Shown: in pieces, positions 7,453-11,751 of the stretch
How the letters are laid out: each line of letters begins with the position of its first letter
Position numbering within the stretch: the stretch's first letter is position 1
Source of the DNA: Nanobdellota archaeon
GTDB taxonomy: Archaea > Nanobdellota > Nanobdellia > Pacearchaeales > GW2011-AR1
Length of the DNA: 11,751 nt
Assembly: GCA_038045705.1 (NCBI GenBank)
Contig: JBBSXO010000010.1
Span: 1 to 11,751 of the forward strand
Reading direction: 5' to 3'
Program-made: the position numbers and the translations under genes
Notes under the pieces: generated by a model
Database searches by the model: none
What the model saw: only the letters and a program-made list of their open reading frames with translations
Told to the model about the DNA's origin: nothing

Positions 7453-8553
7453 ATGGCAGATGATTATTATAAAATATTGGGTGTTGGTAAGAATGCTTCT
7501 GATGAAGAGATAAAAAAAAGTTATAAACAATTAGCTAAGAAATATCATCCGGATGTGAACAAAGATTCTAATGCTGAATCTAAATTTAAAGAGGTTTCAG
7601 AAGCTTATGCTGTTCTTTCAGATAAACAGAAACGTCAACAATATGATTCTTTTGGAAAGGATGGTTTTCAGCAGAGATATTCTTCTGAAGACATATTTAG
7701 AAATTTTGACTCTTCACAATTTGAAGATTTGTTCGGTGGATCAATTTTTGAAAGTTTCTTTGGTGGAAATAGAAAATCAAGGAATAAGAGGGGAAGAGAT
7801 TTGCAAGTTTCATTGAACTTAACTTTTGATGAAGCAATGAGTGGTGTGCAAAAAGAATTAAGATTACGAAAGAAAGATAAGTGTTCTGATTGTGATGGTA
7901 CTGGTGCTGAAGATAAGGAATTAGAATCTTGTGAAACTTGTCATGGTTCTGGGCAAGTCAGAAAATCTACTCGTACTCCATTTGGTAGTTTTATGCAGGT
8001 TGGTGTTTGTTCCGAATGTAATGGTCTAGGTAGGATTCCTATTGAGATTTGTAAATCATGTGAAGGTACTGGCCATGTTGAAGCAACTAAAAAAATTATT
8101 GCTAATATTCCGGCTGGAGTTGATAATGGTTCTAGGTTAAGAGTTCTAAATGAAGGAGAATATGAAAATGGAAGTGCCTCTGGAGATTTATATATAAATA
8201 TAGAAGTTGATGATTCCGATATTTTTAGGAGAGATGGCAATGATCTTTACTTAAATTTACCAATAACTTTTAGTCAGGCTGCACTAGGTTGTGAAATTAA
8301 AATTCCAACTTTACAAAAAGATGTTACTATAAAGATTCCATCGGGTACACAATCTGGTACTCATATTAAACTCAGGGATGAAGGTGCTCCAGATGTTAAT
8401 GGCAATGAAAGGGGAGATATTTATATTATTGTAGAAGTTGTGACTCCTAAGAAACTTTCTAGAGAACAAAAGCAATTGTTTGAGAAACTGCAAAATCTTG
8501 ATGAAAAAAAATCTATATTTGATAAAATTAGAGAATTAACAAAGAAGAAGTAG
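7453..8553 (+). CDS. dnaJ: Chaperone DnaJ (class A Hsp40)
   Basis: J domain with HPD, short G/F region with EDIF, four CxxCxGxG repeats ([32 protein letters not shown]), C-terminal [13 protein letters not shown]. Confidence 0.98.
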   Translation: MADDYYKILGVGKNASDEEIKKSYKQLAKKYHPDVNKDSNAESKFKEVSEAYAVLSDKQKRQQYDSFGKDGFQQRYSSEDIFRNFDSSQFEDLFGGSIFESFFGGNRKSRNKRGRDLQVSLNLTFDEAMSGVQKELRLRKKDKCSDCDGTGAEDKELESCETCHGSGQVRKSTRTPFGSFMQVGVCSECNGLGRIPIEICKSCEGTGHVEATKKIIANIPAGVDNGSRLRVLNEGEYENGSASGDLYINIEVDDSDIFRRDGNDLYLNLPITFSQAALGCEIKIPTLQKDVTIKIPSGTQSGTHIKLRDEGAPDVNGNERGDIYIIVEVVTPKKLSREQKQLFEKLQNLDEKKSIFDKIRELTKKK

Positions 8554-8559
8554 TTTTTT
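8554..8559 (+). terminator. Possible oligo-T terminator after dnaJ
   Basis: T6 immediately after TAG, at the convergent junction with the 410-aa gene. Confidence 0.35.
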
Positions 8560-9790
8560 AAGGTGAACAGTCAAATTTGACAACAGTTGATCTTCCAGAC
8601 ATGAATCCTAATATTGATGAATCCGAAAAGACTGCTTTTGGGGCTATGTCTACTCTGTTTGAGATTATTTTGGCAGGTAATAGTGGTTTTTCTGCTATGA
8701 GTCCAGAGTTAGAGTTATACACCACAACAAGATTACCGGGAGATGGAAGATCAACGAGATCTGGATAATATCCTTGATCTGAAAGTGTATAATCTAGGCT
8801 ATCAAGTGTCGTTATCGTACCCATGTTTACATCTGCAACAGCAATGCTTTCAATACTATTTGGATTGATATAATCTTGGTAAATTGCCATTAGTGTTGGT
8901 GGGTATCCTAATGAGTGAATTGAATCAATATCTAGCCCAATTGGTAAGCTTACTATCCTGGGGTTTGGCAAGTTAATATCAAAAATATAGGTTTCGTTTC
9001 CTGGATCTGGTTCTACTGTGGATGCAAATCCTATATTCCTTAGATTTCTATAGAACAAGTATCTGTAACTTGAGTGAACTACGAAATCTTCTATTTTTCC
9101 GTTGCAATTATCTCTTGTTCCTGGTTGTAATGAGCAAGAAACATAAGATGATGTTCTTGGAATTGGAATTGTAGGAACATCATATACATCTTCATATGCT
9201 ATATGGATTCTATTTTGTGTAACTGTTGGAGCAATTGATTGCAGTTTTATGTATCTACTAATTGTCGATAATATTCTTGTGTTAGTACAACCTTGAGATG
9301 TTAACGTGCAAGATTTTATTTCTTTTTTTCCTGATTTAATTGGCTTTACCCAATATAATGTGCTGTTTATTGTATTAATGTTCGGTGCTGATATTATGGG
9401 GTGAATATAAGTTTCGTTTCCGTAAATAGAATCTATTAGAAATCCTCTGTCATCTTGAGTATTGAGTAAAGAATCATTTCCAATATCATAAATATAAAGT
9501 TCAGTTTTATTTAAAATTCTGTTATAAATAAATAGACTTATATGTCTTGGATCAACTTTTTCTATTTCTTCTATAGACGATCTTGCAGGCATTCCATGAT
9601 TTTGAAAGACAGTAGTTATGTTATTGTAACCGCAAGGTTTAGAAGAATTTCCTACTGGAGCACTTAATGGTCCAGCGGATATTTTTTCAATAAGACTTGG
9701 ATTTTCATCATTATCTGTTTGGAAAAATACACCCAATACTGTAACTGATAAAATAAGAATAATAATTTTTAGAGTAATTTCTTTTATCAT
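8558..9790 (-). CDS. Hypothetical secreted/membrane-anchored protein, probable beta-propeller
   Basis: 410-aa ORF with N-terminal hydrophobic helix, recurring short beta strands (LYIYDIG, TLYWV, IHIAYED, TYIFDI, IAVADV, LVVVY), Cys pairs and several N-x-S/T sequons. The fold is inferred. Confidence 0.78.
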   Translation of the reverse strand: MIKEITLKIIILILSVTVLGVFFQTDNDENPSLIEKISAGPLSAPVGNSSKPCGYNNITTVFQNHGMPARSSIEEIEKVDPRHISLFIYNRILNKTELYIYDIGNDSLLNTQDDRGFLIDSIYGNETYIHPIISAPNINTINSTLYWVKPIKSGKKEIKSCTLTSQGCTNTRILSTISRYIKLQSIAPTVTQNRIHIAYEDVYDVPTIPIPRTSSYVSCSLQPGTRDNCNGKIEDFVVHSSYRYLFYRNLRNIGFASTVEPDPGNETYIFDINLPNPRIVSLPIGLDIDSIHSLGYPPTLMAIYQDYINPNSIESIAVADVNMGTITTLDSLDYTLSDQGYYPDLVDLPSPGNLVVVYNSNSGLIAEKPLLPAKIISNRVDIAPKAVFSDSSILGFMSGRSTVVKFDCSP

Positions 9791-9817
9791 TTTCTACTCT
9801 TAGATGAATAAAATTTG

Positions 9818-9837
9818 ATATATAAAGATTTATATAT
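9818..9837. promoter_or_regulatory. Inverted repeat formed by two back-to-back TTTATATA boxes
   Basis: ATATATAAA-ga-TTTATATAT (9-bp arms) in the divergent intergenic region 9791-9893. Confidence 0.5.
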
Positions 9838-9863
9838 TTCTTAGTTTGGCTCCGTTAATAACC

Positions 9864-9871
9864 CTTATAAA
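9864..9871 (+). promoter_or_regulatory. TATA box for the 9894 gene
   Basis: CTTATAAA with a 22-nt gap to ATG 9894. Confidence 0.55.
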
Positions 9872-9893
9872 TCGCAGAGTTGTTAAATCTTTT

Positions 9894-11751
9894 ATGAGGA
9901 GATTTGAATTGATAATATTTAGTCTTATTTTCTTGCTTTTTATGATCTTTATTTTACTTTATCGCGACAGTCTAAATTTTTCACCAGACTCTTCTGCATT
10001 ACTCGCACCTACAGAATTGCATGCTTTAGCACTAAATTCTTCAGCATTAAGAATTACATGGAATGATAATGGAGATAGTAACTCTAATTTTATGATTGAA
10101 AGAAGGTCTCTTCCAGATGGAGAATTCTCATTTTTATCAACGTCTACTAATTCTATCAATAATTTAGAGATGTTTATTGATATAGGTCTTACACCTAATT
10201 CTTCTTTTGAATATGTTATAACTGCATTTAATAGCACTGATATTTCTAGTCCTTCTAATCCGATTCAAGCTACTACTTTAATGAGAGATACTGAATTGAT
10301 TCTTACTCCAAATTTTGGTAGCTTGGATTTTCTAGATTTATTTACTGATGTTCAATCATGGGAATATGTCAAAGCCAATTTAGATGGATTTGGCTTTTTT
10401 TACCATAACTTAAAGACTAATCCTCAATGTTCTGCTTCAACTTGTGGCAATGTCAATTATGATAATCTTGTTGCTGTAGATGCTTTCTCAAAATTAAGGC
10501 AGTGGGAATTAGAGACTTCTATAGAAGTTGATGTTGTCAAGTGGCATAGTTGCATCGCTTCTGAAAGAACAATACCAGCTATTCAACAGATTATTACTAA
10601 TGTGGAAAATGCTGGCGGGAGAGTTGATTCTATTTTTATGGATCAACCATTAAATGGTGGACAAGAAATTATCTGTTTAGGTTCTAATGGGGCAAGGATA
10701 GTCAGTAGCTGTAGCTCTTGTGTTAGTGGAGAAACTTGCCGGACATGCGGTTATACTATGCAACAATCTGCTTCACAGACTGCTCAATATATCAAAGCTT
10801 TACGCGCATGGAGACCTGGCATAAAAATAGGAGATACCGAGCCTTATTCTAAATTTAGCCCTGCTCAAATTCAATTATGGATTGAGGCTCTTAATGCTGA
10901 GAATGTGACATTAGACTCTTTTAGGTCTGATGTTGGTTCCAGGCAAACTTCTGATATACCTAACCTTCGTCAAATAAAGAACTTTTTTATTCAACAAAAT
11001 ATCCCTTATGGTATAATTTATTGGGCTTTCGTGCCAAACAATTTTTTAACTAACAGAGATAGAGAATTTTTTACAAGGGTTTCACAATGGGTAAATTTTG
11101 TAGATGTAAATAAGTTAGATGGACAAATACACAATTTTCAAAGTTGGGATACTAGCCCTGCTGGATCCACTAATCCAGGTCAGACTGTACCTATAAATCT
11201 TCCTGAAGATGATCTTTCGATTTATAGCCATACTCGTCTTATGAGAGAAAATCTGGGTATTCTTTTAGATAATGATGCACAATTTGTCAGTCAACAGGCC
11301 TTGAGCAATATAATCGCTGGTCAGCAATATAATGTTGCTATTACTTTATTAAATAATGGATCTCAACCCTGGGAAGAAGGCAGGTCTTATACTTTAGGGT
11401 CACAGAATCCAAGAGACAATACTAATTGGGGAACTATGAGAGTTGCTCTTAATCCTGGAGAAGTTATTTTTCCAGGTCAGCAAAAGACTTTCAACTTTTT
11501 AATTACTGCTCCTTCGGTTATTGGATCATATAATTTTCAGTGGCAAATGTTGCATGAATCTATAGAATGGTTTGGAGATTTGACACCAAATGTTCAAGTT
11601 AATGTTCTTAGATCCTCTTTGCCCAACTCACCTAGTGACTTGAACGTTACTCCAGTAAGTTCTATACAGTTGAGACTTAATTGGAAAGATAATAGTGATA
11701 ATGAAATGAACTTCAGAGTTGAGAGAAGACAATTACCTTCTGGTAGCTTTA
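9894..11751 (+). CDS. Large multidomain surface protein, partial (at least 619 aa): TM/signal, FN3, glycoside-hydrolase-like domain, NBR1-type Ig-like domain, FN3
   Basis: My translation is open from ATG 9894 to the window end (MRRFELIIFSLIFLLFMIFILLYRD...). FN3 at ~10005-10280 (APTELHA..LRITWNDN..FMIERR..GLTPNSSFEYVITAFN); Ig-like at ~11268-11606 (NDAQFVSQ..LLNNGSQPW..LGSQNP..PGQQKTFNFLITAP..GSYNFQWQM..WFG); second FN3 from ~11622. Absent from the ORF track because it has no stop in the window. Confidence 0.9.
   Translation, partial: MRRFELIIFSLIFLLFMIFILLYRDSLNFSPDSSALLAPTELHALALNSSALRITWNDNGDSNSNFMIERRSLPDGEFSFLSTSTNSINNLEMFIDIGLTPNSSFEYVITAFNSTDISSPSNPIQATTLMRDTELILTPNFGSLDFLDLFTDVQSWEYVKANLDGFGFFYHNLKTNPQCSASTCGNVNYDNLVAVDAFSKLRQWELETSIEVDVVKWHSCIASERTIPAIQQIITNVENAGGRVDSIFMDQPLNGGQEIICLGSNGARIVSSCSSCVSGETCRTCGYTMQQSASQTAQYIKALRAWRPGIKIGDTEPYSKFSPAQIQLWIEALNAENVTLDSFRSDVGSRQTSDIPNLRQIKNFFIQQNIPYGIIYWAFVPNNFLTNRDREFFTRVSQWVNFVDVNKLDGQIHNFQSWDTSPAGSTNPGQTVPINLPEDDLSIYSHTRLMRENLGILLDNDAQFVSQQALSNIIAGQQYNVAITLLNNGSQPWEEGRSYTLGSQNPRDNTNWGTMRVALNPGEVIFPGQQKTFNFLITAPSVIGSYNFQWQMLHESIEWFGDLTPNVQVNVLRSSLPNSPSDLNVTPVSSIQLRLNWKDNSDNEMNFRVERRQLPSGSF

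Noticed and set aside
5040-8493. Short ORFs 5040..5225, 6508..6768, 7571..7816, 7941..8240 and 8311..8493
   Set aside because: All nested in or antisense to well-conserved grpE, dnaK or dnaJ.
8823-8830. ATGTTTAC operator half-site (also GTAAACA at 611-617)
   Set aside because: Isolated half-sites inside coding regions with no partner arm at N5 spacing.
8577-10237. Short ORFs 8577..8768 (+) and 9959..10237 (-)
   Set aside because: Antisense to the 410-aa gene and to the FN3 domain of the 9894 gene respectively.
1-11751. tRNA/rRNA/SRP RNA, CRISPR array, IS or integrase
   Set aside because: Intergenic gaps are all short and AT-rich with no GC-rich stems, periodic repeats or transposase-like ORFs.

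Overview
AT-rich, densely coding archaeal chromosomal DNA. The gene set and protein styles point to a small-genome DPANN archaeon, most likely Pacearchaeota/Woesearchaeota-like (inference). Gene order: C-terminal stub of a membrane-anchored protein, two uncharacterised membrane/secreted proteins, ftsY (-), cofactor-independent phosphoglycerate mutase, a GINS (Gins51-type) subunit, a winged-HTH regulator (-) divergent from a grpE-dnaK-dnaJ operon, a secreted probable beta-propeller protein (-), and a large surface protein (FN3 / glycoside-hydrolase-like barrel / NBR1-type Ig / FN3) that starts at 9894, runs off the window and is missing from the supplied ORF track. The best lead is a candidate heat-shock circuit. 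A perfect palindrome TATGTTTAC-N5-GTAAACATA sits at the predicted grpE-dnaK-dnaJ transcription start, and a degenerate copy lies in the promoter of the adjacent wHTH gene. Both have the N5-spaced geometry of known archaeal heat-shock operators. Most genes have a TATA box 21-22 nt before the ATG (probably leaderless), and ftsY and the mutase appear to share one centred TATA box. I saw no RNA genes, CRISPR arrays or mobile elements.
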